From positions 90,484 to 154,483 of the forward strand of contig JAVJSW010000012.1 of the NCBI GenBank assembly GCA_040219255.1: a stretch of DNA of 64,000 nt. The letters run 5' to 3'. The translations under genes were made by a program, and so were the position numbers. Below are positions 29,750-39,011 of the stretch, piece after piece. The notes beneath the pieces were generated by a model. It saw only the letters and a list, made by a program, of their open reading frames with translations, had not been told where the DNA came from and did no database searches. The DNA is from Sumerlaeia bacterium. GTDB taxonomy: Bacteria; Sumerlaeota; Sumerlaeia; SLMS01; JAHLLQ01. Every line of letters begins with the position of its first letter. The first letter of the stretch is position 1.

Positions 29750-30427
29750 ATGGGCTTGAATGGACTTTGCCGCCGCGGCGGCTTCACACTGATCGAACTG
29801 CTTATCGTGGTGGCGATCATCGCGATTCTGGCGGCCATCGCCGTGCCGAACTTTCTCGAGGCACAGGTGCGCTCGAAGGTTTCCCGGGCCAAGGCGGACA
29901 TGCGCACCATGGTGACCGGGCTTGAGAGCTATGCTGTGGACAACAACAAGTATCCAGATGTGGATCGCAGCCTGCTCCCCGCCGGCGCACCGATCAAGCT
30001 GGGCACGGGCTATTCCCGTTTGGCCCAGTCGCGACTGACCACACCAATTTCCTATCTCTCGAATTCGCAGCTGCGCGATCCATTCGCAATTGGCGACCCG
30101 GGTGCGACTCCGGTGGCGGGTGGCTCGGCGACTCAGGTGACTTACTATGGATACGCCAACGCCGAAGCGGCCTTGATTTCACCGGACCTCGCGGCGGTCG
30201 GCATTTCCGCCACACCGGAGCAGAAATCCCAGTTCGACGAGCACCGCTTCGTGCTCCAGAGCGTGGGCCCGGACACGGAGAACTTCGCCTACGTGCCCGG
30301 CAACTTCCCCGTGGCGTTCGCCACCCTGATCAGCGACACGCCCGCCGTCGGCGATTTCTATTACGACGCCACGAACGGCACGATTTCCGGCGGCGACATC
30401 GTGCGCACGGCGAAGGTCGCGAACTAA
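29750..30427 (+). CDS. Prepilin-type N-terminal cleavage/methylation protein (GspG-like pseudopilin)
   Basis: G/FTLIELLIVVAIIAILAAIAVPNFLEAQVRSKVSRAKADMR; LESYAVDNNKYP; LTTPISY; SVGPD; YDATNGTISGGDI. Confidence 0.9.
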   Translation: MGLNGLCRRGGFTLIELLIVVAIIAILAAIAVPNFLEAQVRSKVSRAKADMRTMVTGLESYAVDNNKYPDVDRSLLPAGAPIKLGTGYSRLAQSRLTTPISYLSNSQLRDPFAIGDPGATPVAGGSATQVTYYGYANAEAALISPDLAAVGISATPEQKSQFDEHRFVLQSVGPDTENFAYVPGNFPVAFATLISDTPAVGDFYYDATNGTISGGDIVRTAKVAN

Positions 30428-30452
30428 GACCGCACAGGCCCAAGCCTAGGGC

Positions 30453-31223
30453 CTAGGCCTGGGCGGCCGAGCGTTCCTGCAGGATCGAACGGAGAAGGCC
30501 CCGGGTCCTCTCGAAGACGGTTTGCGGCGAGCCTTCGGCGGAGATCTCGAGCAGGAGACCTTGGGCCTTGTAATACTCCTCCAGGGGCAGCGCGCTCGCT
30601 TCATACTGCTCCAACCTTTTGAGGATCGGTTCGGGCCGGTCGTCGTCGCGCTGGTACAGTTCCCCGCCGCACAGGTCGCAGACCTCCTCGACCTTGGGGG
30701 GGCTGAAGCGCAGGTGGTAGGTCGTCTTGCACTTGCCGCAAGTCCGTCGCCCCGAAAGGCGCTCGACAACGCTGTCGCGGTCGAGGGTGTAGCTGAGGAC
30801 GGCGTCGAGTTCGAGTTTCATCTCCGCGAGCATCGCGTCGAGCGCCTTCGCCTGGCCGACGGTGCGGGGGAAGCCGTCGAGCATGAAGCCGTAGCCGCAC
30901 TTCAGGCATCGGCCCCGCTCTTCCACCATGGCGATGACCATGTCGTCGGAAACCAGCAGGCCGTTGCGCATGGCCTCGATGGCTTCCCGCATCGCCGGGC
31001 TGATTTTCTCCTTAGGCATGCCTCGGGTGGCTCGAAAGACATCGCCCGTGGAAAGCGGACAGGAGGAGAATTCCTCGGAGATCAGGTCGGCCTGCGTGCC
31101 CTTGCCAACGCCGGGGGCGCCAAGCAGGACCAGGCGCAACGGCCGCCGGGGATTACAGTCCGTCCGGGTGCATGTTCCTCCGTTTGGAAAGAGCCAGACC
31201 CCTTGTGAATTTTCGATCGCCAT
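30453..31223 (-). CDS. adk: Adenylate kinase with zinc-binding LID and N-terminal extension
   Basis: LLGAPGVGKGTQA, LSTGDVFR, GFMLDGFPRT, RRTCGKC...CDLCGGELYQRDDD. Confidence 0.93.
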   Translation of the reverse strand: MAIENSQGVWLFPNGGTCTRTDCNPRRPLRLVLLGAPGVGKGTQADLISEEFSSCPLSTGDVFRATRGMPKEKISPAMREAIEAMRNGLLVSDDMVIAMVEERGRCLKCGYGFMLDGFPRTVGQAKALDAMLAEMKLELDAVLSYTLDRDSVVERLSGRRTCGKCKTTYHLRFSPPKVEEVCDLCGGELYQRDDDRPEPILKRLEQYEASALPLEEYYKAQGLLLEISAEGSPQTVFERTRGLLRSILQERSAAQA

Positions 31224-31286
31224 TCGCCAGACCTCTCAGTGGATTCGAAGAGCCAGCTTCAGGGTAGGCAGAAAGATTGCCGCAGG

Positions 31287-33548
31287 TCAATTCGGAGCGT
31301 ATGGACCGGTGTCTTGTTTGGCCAGAACCCCCGTCGCCCGTGTCAACTCGTCCACCCGCAGCGTCGCGAACGTCTGGAGGAGCGGCTTCTGGCCAGCGCG
31401 TCCGGCGGTCAGTTGGTATTGGCCGGGGGCGAGGCCCCGGATCGTGACGACGCCGTCGGGGCCAGTCGTGCCGGCGCGTGGGTTCTGGATGCTTGCGGGG
31501 TCGAGGGGTTCGGCGCGCACCGGCAGGCCGGCTGCGGGCGAACCGTCGGCACGGGCGATTTTCCACAGGAGCGACCCGGCGCGGTAGAGGACGTCCTGGA
31601 AGGTCAAATCCTCGGCGGCGACTTCGATCTGGCGCTCCAGGACGCTGTAGCCCCAGGCGCTGATCTCCATGTCGTAGCGGCCGGGCGGGATGTTGTTCAT
31701 GGTCAGGACACCGTCCGCCCCGCGATGGGAGGGGTCGAACCGGTAGGGCGTGCCGTCGGCGGCGGTCAGGTAGCACCACGCCTTCTGTAGCGGACCCTCC
31801 GTATCCAGGCTGTAAACGACCGAGGTGATGGTGGCTCCAGAGGCGGGCTCGAGGACGATTTCGATCTGGCTGGCCTCGCCGGAGGAAGGCAGGGCGGTGA
31901 GGGTTTCGGTCTGATAATCGGCGTGGCTGGCGGTGATGCGAAAGGTTGAGTCGAAGGATGGTTTCAACTCGAAGCGTCCTTCCCGGTCTGTGACGGCGGA
32001 GACGCCCAACTCTTCGAAGGTCAGGGATGTGGGTGGGTTGTCCGGTTCGGCGCTGATGCGAACACCGGGGATCGGCTCGCCGGTCGTATTGCGCACGAAG
32101 CCGGCGAGGTTGAGGCGCGGAATGTCGATGTCGTGCTCGACGCGTTGGCCCGGGCCGACGGTGACATCATGACTTTCAAAAGCCTGCAGGTTCCAATGGG
32201 GCCGGGCGACGACGGCGTAGGTGCCTGGAACAAGACCCGGAAAAGAATAGAAGCCATCGCGCGACTCGCTCCATTCGGCGCTGTATTCGGTGCTTTCCTC
32301 GTGCTGAAGAACCACCCAGGCCCGCAGTGGCTGGCCGCTGGAGGTGATGCGGCCAAAGACCTCGGCGGAACCGACCAGGATCGTTTCCTCATAGACATCC
32401 TCCGGGCCCCAGGCTTTCAGCTGAACGTCGCGATTGTACTCGGGCACTTCCAGCCGGTAATCCCCCGGCGGCAGGTGCGCGAATCGGGTGCTGCCCTGGG
32501 CGTCCGTTTCCTTTTCCCAGCTTTCCCATGTCGACTCGTTGCGCAATTGAACCTGGGTTTCCGCGACGGGGGAATTATTATTCGCTTGCCGGACATGGAC
32601 TCTAATCATCGTGCCAGAGCCAACCTCAATGACCCCAACGTCCGACTCCCGTCCCTTCGGAATGTCGATCGACTTGTATGCGGTCACGTAGGGGTCCGAC
32701 GGCAGGATCTGCAGGCGCGCCGGACCAGACGGCACCGTCAGCGTGAACCGGCCACCCTCATCGGTAATGGTGTGCTCGCTCGGCAGGCCGCCGAGCCGAC
32801 GGCTGTCGGCCTCGGCTGGCATAGCCACGACGCGGCACCCCGCGATGGGCTCGCCATGAACGGAGTCGACCACCCGGCCATGGGCCGTGGCGGCGGGGCG
32901 GAGCAGCACCGCCTGCATCGTTCGCGCAGAGGCGTTACTGAATGCGATACTTCCTGATTCGCCCGTCGCATAGCCAGGAGCCTGTACACGGAATCGCACG
33001 AACTCGCCGGACGTTCCGGTGACCTGAATATGGCTCGAAGGCTCCTTCAACAGGACCGGCGTGGGGCCTATGAGACGCTGGATGGTGAAGTCACCGATGG
33101 GCTGACTTGTGGAAAAGTCAACCACTTGAAACAGCAAGGTGATGGAGTCCGAGGGCGTTTCCTTACCACCGGTCTCCGCCGTTTCGCCGCCCGCGCCAAT
33201 GGAATCTCCGGCGGTATTGGGCGGTTCGACCGTCATCGCGCCTTCGGGCACCGGTGCCGGGTTTGGAGCCGCGGGGCGTGGAGAAAAGTCGACCTCCTCC
33301 GGTTCGGAGACTGCGGGAGCCGTGACGGTATGTGGCGCGGGAGAAATTTCGCCCCCCGAAGCGAGCGCCCCAGCACCGCCGTTCGGGCCGTCGGCCACGG
33401 CCGTGAAACCAGCGACGGCTGTTTCGGCCGGGAGAGGAAGCGTGGCATTGCCGCCGGGAGGGCCCTGCGACCGCCACGCCACCAGCACCAACACGCCAAG
33501 GCACGCGAGCACGAAGATGAGAATGAGGGGCAGAACGACTTTCTTCAT
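31287..33548 (-). CDS. Membrane-anchored protein with carboxypeptidase-regulatory-like (transthyretin-like) repeats
   Basis: N-terminal TM, Pro/Ala-rich linker, repeated 'G.V.D...G.PI.G..V...TD..GRF...L.PG.Y' units. Confidence 0.8.
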   Translation of the reverse strand: MKKVVLPLILIFVLACLGVLVLVAWRSQGPPGGNATLPLPAETAVAGFTAVADGPNGGAGALASGGEISPAPHTVTAPAVSEPEEVDFSPRPAAPNPAPVPEGAMTVEPPNTAGDSIGAGGETAETGGKETPSDSITLLFQVVDFSTSQPIGDFTIQRLIGPTPVLLKEPSSHIQVTGTSGEFVRFRVQAPGYATGESGSIAFSNASARTMQAVLLRPAATAHGRVVDSVHGEPIAGCRVVAMPAEADSRRLGGLPSEHTITDEGGRFTLTVPSGPARLQILPSDPYVTAYKSIDIPKGRESDVGVIEVGSGTMIRVHVRQANNNSPVAETQVQLRNESTWESWEKETDAQGSTRFAHLPPGDYRLEVPEYNRDVQLKAWGPEDVYEETILVGSAEVFGRITSSGQPLRAWVVLQHEESTEYSAEWSESRDGFYSFPGLVPGTYAVVARPHWNLQAFESHDVTVGPGQRVEHDIDIPRLNLAGFVRNTTGEPIPGVRISAEPDNPPTSLTFEELGVSAVTDREGRFELKPSFDSTFRITASHADYQTETLTALPSSGEASQIEIVLEPASGATITSVVYSLDTEGPLQKAWCYLTAADGTPYRFDPSHRGADGVLTMNNIPPGRYDMEISAWGYSVLERQIEVAAEDLTFQDVLYRAGSLLWKIARADGSPAAGLPVRAEPLDPASIQNPRAGTTGPDGVVTIRGLAPGQYQLTAGRAGQKPLLQTFATLRVDELTRATGVLAKQDTGPYAPN

Positions 33549-33706
33549 ATGTAAGGTCGTCGCGAAGGGGTTGCTCCGAGAGCAACGAAAAAGGCGCGGC
33601 AAAGGACCGGCGAGCGTGGCCTATCCTCGCATTCTCGGCACTCTCCCCTTGCCATTCCCACCCCGCCCCGCCCCAGTGAAATCAGTTGCAATGCGGAGAG
33701 TTTCCT

Positions 33707-36244
33707 GTGCGTCCGTCCATTCCTTGGCTATTACTTTTATTGGCTCTTTTCTCCGGTCGCGTCCCGGCCGCCGAACTCGCGTTCGACATCGTGGTCAATG
33801 GCGGGTCGTTTTCCGCTCCGGCGGCGGCGTTCGCGGCGGCGCGTGAGAATCCCCAGGCTCAGGTTCTCCTGATCGAGCCCACCGACTGGCTCGGCGGCCA
33901 GGCCACCAGCCAGGGCGTCTCGGCCATCGACAACGCCTATCACGCCCCCGCCAACGGCTGGATGGCGAACGACGAACCGAACCACTACGCCGCCGATTAC
34001 CTCCAGTGGATCACCCGCATGCAGACCGCCCCGCCATCGGCCCCGGGCGAAGGCTACTCGGGCTTATCCGGCTGGGTATCGCGCGATTGCTACGACCCGC
34101 GCACCGGGGCGTGGGCGCTGGATCAGTTGGCGGCGGGCTTTCCCAACCTGACGGTGATGAAGTTGACGGTGCTCAAGGACCTGACCGTCGAGCCGGTCGC
34201 GGACGAGCGCGGCGCGGGCCAGCGCATCACCGGCCTCGTCCTGATCGAGCGCACGCCCCAGCCCGGCTACTCGCCCTTCGACGATTTCACGTCCGAGGAA
34301 CTGCCCGACTGGTATTCCGACGCGGACTCCGCGCGCTTCACCAAGGCGACCCACACCGTTGTCGCCGCGCGGCCCGAGGTGGGGCTGGTGGTGATCGACG
34401 CCTCCGAAGTGGGCGACGCCCTAGTGCTCAGCGGCGCCCGCTATACTCAGGGACGCGAGGTCTCGACCGAGGCCATCGCCGAGGACGGTTCCCTGCCCGC
34501 CCTGAACGACGACGAGCCCATGGCCACCGTTTATCCCTTTGCCGTTACCACCAGCAACGTGGTGTCCGACGAAGCGGAAGTCAAAACCCCCTGGCCCGAT
34601 TTCGACGATTACCTGGCCCAGCGCACCGCCGATTACTTCGGCCTGGGCGGCTTCCCCTGGCACGAGGTCTGGACGTACCGGCGGCTGCTGGTCGGCCCCG
34701 GCGGCAGCAACGGCATCGCGGCGGTGAACCCGGGCGATGTCTCGATGCAGAACTGGAACCCCGGCAACGATTACCGCCAGGGCCCCTGGCTCCTGCCCAT
34801 GGCCGCCACGAACGCTCAAGCGGCATCGGGATGGCAAGGCGGGGTGGACGTCGCCCAATTGGCCATCGCCGAGAAGCACGCCACGGCTTGGTATTTCTGG
34901 TACAAGGCCAACCGGTCCAGCGCTCTGCCGACCGCCGACACGCGGCTTCTGCGCGGGTCCGACGCACTGAACATGATGGATACGGCCCACGGTCTGGCTA
35001 AGTTCCCCTACATTCGCGGCACGCGGCGTCTGGTCGGGCTGGACGCGTTCCGCATTACCAGCCGCTACTGGCGCGACACCCGGGCGCCGGGCTACGCGAA
35101 TGGGACATCCTTCCGCTACTACGACAGCGTCGGCATTGGCGCCTATTCGGCGGACTTGCGGCCCCTGATCGGCAGCAGCGGCATCGCCCCGCCCTTCAGC
35201 CTGCCCGCGCCGTTCTATGTGCCATATCGCGCTCTGGCGTCGGACAATGTACGCAACCTGCTGGCCTGCGGGAAACTGATGGCCCAGACCTACGTGACCA
35301 ACTCCGCCTACCGGCTTCATCCCATCGAGTGGTCCTCTGGCTCGGCCGCGGGCACCGCCGCCGCGATCATGGCCCGCGACAACCTGGACAATCACGACCT
35401 GCTGCCGATTCCGGCGCTGCGGGCCTATCAGACCCGCGTCGCCGCCAATTCGCCGATTCGGTGGCTTCTGACGGGCGAGGCCGTGCTGCCGCCAGACGAC
35501 GGCGACCTGGTGGTGAACGGCTTCCGGCCTCTGTACGCCACCACGCCCTTCGCGGTCGAGGCCTATCACCCCACCGCCGGCCGCGCCGTGATCCGTGTCG
35601 ATGGCGAATTCCTCGCCGAGACCACCCTGCGCAACCACGGCCGTCTGCTCCATAACGACGCGGGTCTCAACGGTCTGCCGGGTGTGCGCGTCTTCACCGT
35701 TCAGCTCTTTGAGGACGGCGCTCTCGTCGAAACCCTCACTGCCGAAGTCGAGTTCGGCGTCCTGCCCTGTGATCAGGACCCCACGGTCAGCGACAACGAC
35801 GATCCCTCGGTCTTCAGCCTGACTGGCGACTGGAGCGCCAGCAGCGCTCAGTCCGACCGCTGGTGCCCGGAATCCACGCCGAGCACCTACAGCTTCAAGT
35901 TCGGCAACGAAGCCCCCGGCACCGCCACCTGGCGCCTGCGCACCACCGTGCCCGGCGTCTATCAGGTCGGCGTGTACTACTCGCCCTCCACCAACCGCGC
36001 CACCGACGCGCCCTTCACCGTCCATCACCGCAACGGCTCGACCACGGTGCGCGTGAATCAGACGACCGGCAGCCGCGCCTGGATCGAGCTGGGCACCTTC
36101 GCGTTCGACGGCACCGCCGCCGACCGCGTGACCCTGACGAACGCCGGGATTTCCAACACCAGCCGCCTCGTCATCGGCGACGCCGTGCGGGCGGTCCTGA
36201 TCGAACCGGACTTACGGGAGTTCGAGGGGTGGGCGGTCTATTGA
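33707..36244 (+). CDS. Secreted FAD-dependent oxidoreductase with a C-terminal golvesin/xanthan-lyase-CBM-like domain
   Basis: Signal peptide; VVNGGS..AAA.AAAR, EPTDWLGGQATSQGVSAID, IDASEVGD, PYIR..RR, VPYRAL, YRLHPIEW..G.AAG; C-terminus NRATDAPFTV...VNQ...W.ELGTF...VIGDAVR. GTG start after GGAGAG. Confidence 0.85.
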   Translation: MRPSIPWLLLLLALFSGRVPAAELAFDIVVNGGSFSAPAAAFAAARENPQAQVLLIEPTDWLGGQATSQGVSAIDNAYHAPANGWMANDEPNHYAADYLQWITRMQTAPPSAPGEGYSGLSGWVSRDCYDPRTGAWALDQLAAGFPNLTVMKLTVLKDLTVEPVADERGAGQRITGLVLIERTPQPGYSPFDDFTSEELPDWYSDADSARFTKATHTVVAARPEVGLVVIDASEVGDALVLSGARYTQGREVSTEAIAEDGSLPALNDDEPMATVYPFAVTTSNVVSDEAEVKTPWPDFDDYLAQRTADYFGLGGFPWHEVWTYRRLLVGPGGSNGIAAVNPGDVSMQNWNPGNDYRQGPWLLPMAATNAQAASGWQGGVDVAQLAIAEKHATAWYFWYKANRSSALPTADTRLLRGSDALNMMDTAHGLAKFPYIRGTRRLVGLDAFRITSRYWRDTRAPGYANGTSFRYYDSVGIGAYSADLRPLIGSSGIAPPFSLPAPFYVPYRALASDNVRNLLACGKLMAQTYVTNSAYRLHPIEWSSGSAAGTAAAIMARDNLDNHDLLPIPALRAYQTRVAANSPIRWLLTGEAVLPPDDGDLVVNGFRPLYATTPFAVEAYHPTAGRAVIRVDGEFLAETTLRNHGRLLHNDAGLNGLPGVRVFTVQLFEDGALVETLTAEVEFGVLPCDQDPTVSDNDDPSVFSLTGDWSASSAQSDRWCPESTPSTYSFKFGNEAPGTATWRLRTTVPGVYQVGVYYSPSTNRATDAPFTVHHRNGSTTVRVNQTTGSRAWIELGTFAFDGTAADRVTLTNAGISNTSRLVIGDAVRAVLIEPDLREFEGWAVY

Positions 36245-36252
36245 TTGAAAAA

Positions 36253-36436
36253 ATTTAACGCGAAGAAGCAGAGGAGCAAAGGTGCAAAGAATGTGAAATC
36301 AGCGATGGGGATTGATCCTCTCATCGCTGAGTCGTTTGGCCGCAGCTGGAAATCAAATGCACATCAAAGTACCAATCCGACGACTCCGCTTCGCCGCCAA
36401 CCACCCCCTTTGCCTCTTTGCTGCTTTGCGTTAAAT
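36253..36436. repeat. Inverted 9-nt-periodic arms (CGCRAAG variant) enclosing about 125 bp
   Basis: ATTTAACGCGAAGAAGCAGAGGAGCAAAGG ... CCTTTGCCTCTTTGCTGCTTTGCGTTAAAT. Confidence 0.7.
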
Positions 36437-36473
36437 CCAATCTCTCGAACGGCCCATCGTCTCACTCGTCCCC

Positions 36474-36812
36474 TCACGTGATCGGCCCATCCTTACACGG
36501 ATGGCGGCCTCCGCCGGCTTCGTCGAATTCTTCGAGGGCTTCGGCCACGCGGGCGCGGATACCCTCAAGGGTCAGGTTGCCCAGGTCGAATTGCAAGTCC
36601 ACGCTCAGCCGCGACAGCTCGACCATGCGGTAGCTGACGTCGTTGGGGGCGAGGCCGTACTCTTCCAGCCAGCGCAGCACGGCGTCGGCGCTGACGCCAT
36701 AGGTGGCGGCGACGTGGTGGGCGTTGGGGAATTTGTAGGTGCCCGCGGGCGTGATGCCCAGGTAGTAGTAGCCGAAGAGTTCTTCGCGGGGAGGGCGGCG
36801 GTCGGTCGTCAT
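36474..36812 (-). CDS. Hypothetical protein with a possible HTH, coupled to the kinase gene
   Basis: ATGA overlap with the kinase stop; NAHHVAATYGVSADAVLRWLEEYG is HTH-like; host codon bias. Confidence 0.65.
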   Translation of the reverse strand: MTTDRRPPREELFGYYYLGITPAGTYKFPNAHHVAATYGVSADAVLRWLEEYGLAPNDVSYRMVELSRLSVDLQFDLGNLTLEGIRARVAEALEEFDEAGGGRHPCKDGPIT

Positions 36813-38797
36813 GGCTGGGACTCTAGCCCGAGAGGCTCGGCCGCGCGCAAGGCTGTCTTGTCATTCGATAGAGAGGGCGATGTGGCGTCGTCGTCCTGGC
36901 GATCCGCCGGGGCGCCTTTGGCCGTAGCGAGCAACCGCTCCTCCTCGCGTTCGAGTGCGAGGAAGAGGGCCTGAAGTTCGGGAGGGAGCGGCCCGTCGGC
37001 GCTACGGCGGATCAGCAGGGCCTTGGCGTTCGCCAGCGCCTGAGCGGCTTTCGAGACCTCGCCCTGATCGCGGAAGACCGCGGCGATTTCCAGGAACAGC
37101 CGCATCCGGCGCGCCGAGGCTTCATCGTCGATTTCGCCGTCCGGCAGGGACTCGTAGTAACGCAGGGATTGGGTGGCCATGTCCGCCATCAGGTCGAGAC
37201 GAGAGAATTCACGCAGCTTGTCACCCAGGTCTTCCACCATGAAGGCCAACAGTTCCTCGCCCCGGTCGCGCTCGGCCGCCAGGCGTTCGTTCGCCCGCGA
37301 GAGTTGGCGATAGAAGAGCAGCCCGCCCGCCAATGCCAGCACCGCCAGGACCCCGGCGATACGCAGGGCCCACCGCCGCTGGCTCACAATGGCTTGGCGC
37401 TCTCGCTCCTTCCTCGTCACGGCGTTCAGAAGTTCCTCGCGGTCCGCCGAGGACTCGGGCAGCGATTCGGCCTGGGAGCGCGCCAGCATCAGGTCGCCGT
37501 TCGCCAGCGCCTGGTTCCCGTAGCGGGCCAGCAGCTTCTCGCGCAGGGAATCGAGCCCGGTCAGGTCGGGCCAGAGCCCGCGTGCTTCCTCGATCCGCGC
37601 CAGGTGGCGGCTGAACTGGTGATAGGTGGTGTCTTTCTCCAGCCCGGATTGAATGCTCTTGGCGATTTTGTGGGCTTCCTTGCGGCGCGACGAACCGGAC
37701 AGGTAGCCCTGCAACAGCTCGTGGAACGCTTTGGCAGTCCGCAGGCGCTCCGCCGGATTGGTTTTCATCGCCAAATCCGCCAGATAGACCAGTTCGCCGG
37801 GCAGGTAGCGCTTCCCCTTGCAGAGTTCGCGGGGCGGCGTCACCCAGCCCGAGGCCGCCTTTTCGAAGGCGTCCTGTCCCGAACCGGAAGAGTGCGGCGG
37901 CGAGCCCGTCAGCACGAAATACAGCATGGCGCCCAACAGGTAGACATCGGTCCAGGGACCCAGGAATCGCGGATCGTTCCGCGTTTGCTCGGGAGCCATG
38001 AAGCTGGGCGTGCCGGCGGGATTCGAAATCGAGGTCGAGCCGCTCGGGCTGCGGACGTCCGCGGTGCCCTTTACCGGATCGGCCCGGTCGACGATGACCG
38101 CCAGGCCCCAATCCATCAGGAACACCTCGCCAAACTCGCCGATCATGACCTGGCTCGGCTTCAAGTCCCGGTGGACAATGTTGCGGCTATGGGCGAAGGC
38201 GACCGCCTGGGCCACATCCGCCAGGATGGGGATGTGTTTGGCGTAGTACTCGCCCGCCTCCATCGCGCGGAAATCGTCGCGCAGAATGTCCGACCAGGTC
38301 TGGCCTTCGATGCGTTTCATGGCCAGCAGCGGCCGGTTCATCGCATCCAGGCCCAGATCGTAGATCGGGACGATGTTCGGGTGGTCCAGGCTGGCGGCGG
38401 TGCGGCCCTCGGCGCGGAAGGCATCTTCGATCAGTTGGCGCGATGACTCGCTGTCGCCGGCCTGTTTGTAGATTTCTCCCCGCAGGCGCTTGATGGCCAC
38501 CTGGCGGCCTAGGCTCGTTTGCTCGCCCTCCCACACCTCGCCAAAACCGCCCCGGCCGATGGGGCGGCTCAGCGTGAACGATGTCGAAACGTCGCGGTTC
38601 CAACCGATTTTCTCCTGATCCAGAAGGCGCGTCTTGTCGAGCGCTTCCAATTCTGGAGTCGGCGGTGGCGGGGAACCGCCCAGGGTCTTCAGCGTCGCCG
38701 CGATGGACGACCAATCGGAGCCAAAGGTCTCCCAGGAGTTGGCGGGCAGTCCCTTGGGCGTGACACGTTCGGTCGTGGCTTCATGGCGGTGGGTCAT
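36809..38797 (-). CDS. Hanks-type Ser/Thr protein kinase with a TM helix
   Basis: IGRGGFGEV, VAIK, LDHPNIVPIYD, HRDLKPSQVM, DWGLA, GTPSFMAPEQ, DVYLLG. Confidence 0.93.
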   Translation of the reverse strand: MTHRHEATTERVTPKGLPANSWETFGSDWSSIAATLKTLGGSPPPPTPELEALDKTRLLDQEKIGWNRDVSTSFTLSRPIGRGGFGEVWEGEQTSLGRQVAIKRLRGEIYKQAGDSESSRQLIEDAFRAEGRTAASLDHPNIVPIYDLGLDAMNRPLLAMKRIEGQTWSDILRDDFRAMEAGEYYAKHIPILADVAQAVAFAHSRNIVHRDLKPSQVMIGEFGEVFLMDWGLAVIVDRADPVKGTADVRSPSGSTSISNPAGTPSFMAPEQTRNDPRFLGPWTDVYLLGAMLYFVLTGSPPHSSGSGQDAFEKAASGWVTPPRELCKGKRYLPGELVYLADLAMKTNPAERLRTAKAFHELLQGYLSGSSRRKEAHKIAKSIQSGLEKDTTYHQFSRHLARIEEARGLWPDLTGLDSLREKLLARYGNQALANGDLMLARSQAESLPESSADREELLNAVTRKERERQAIVSQRRWALRIAGVLAVLALAGGLLFYRQLSRANERLAAERDRGEELLAFMVEDLGDKLREFSRLDLMADMATQSLRYYESLPDGEIDDEASARRMRLFLEIAAVFRDQGEVSKAAQALANAKALLIRRSADGPLPPELQALFLALEREEERLLATAKGAPADRQDDDATSPSLSNDKTALRAAEPLGLESQP

Positions 38798-39011
38798 CGC
38801 GCGGTCCGGTTCAAAACGAAATCAAACTCTGACGCGCATTTTTGGACTCGCCAAACACCCTGCCAACGATTTCTTGCAGGTGGTCGGGGATTGCGCGGCA
38901 AACTTTGGAAAAGAGCGAAAACGCGATTGCTCCCATTCACATCTGCATGCCTTCTATTCTGAATTGAATCACAAAAGACATTGGGAAATTGCCTCGCCAC
39001 AGGATTTCGCC

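Noticed and set aside
38634-39011. N-terminal extensions of ORF-track calls (38634 GH31, 595 dprA, 9843 ABC, 18771 SMI1, 25577 pfkB, 29910 membrane protein)
   Set aside because: They overlap neighbouring genes or promoters; downstream starts match family N-termini, signal peptides or RBS positions better.
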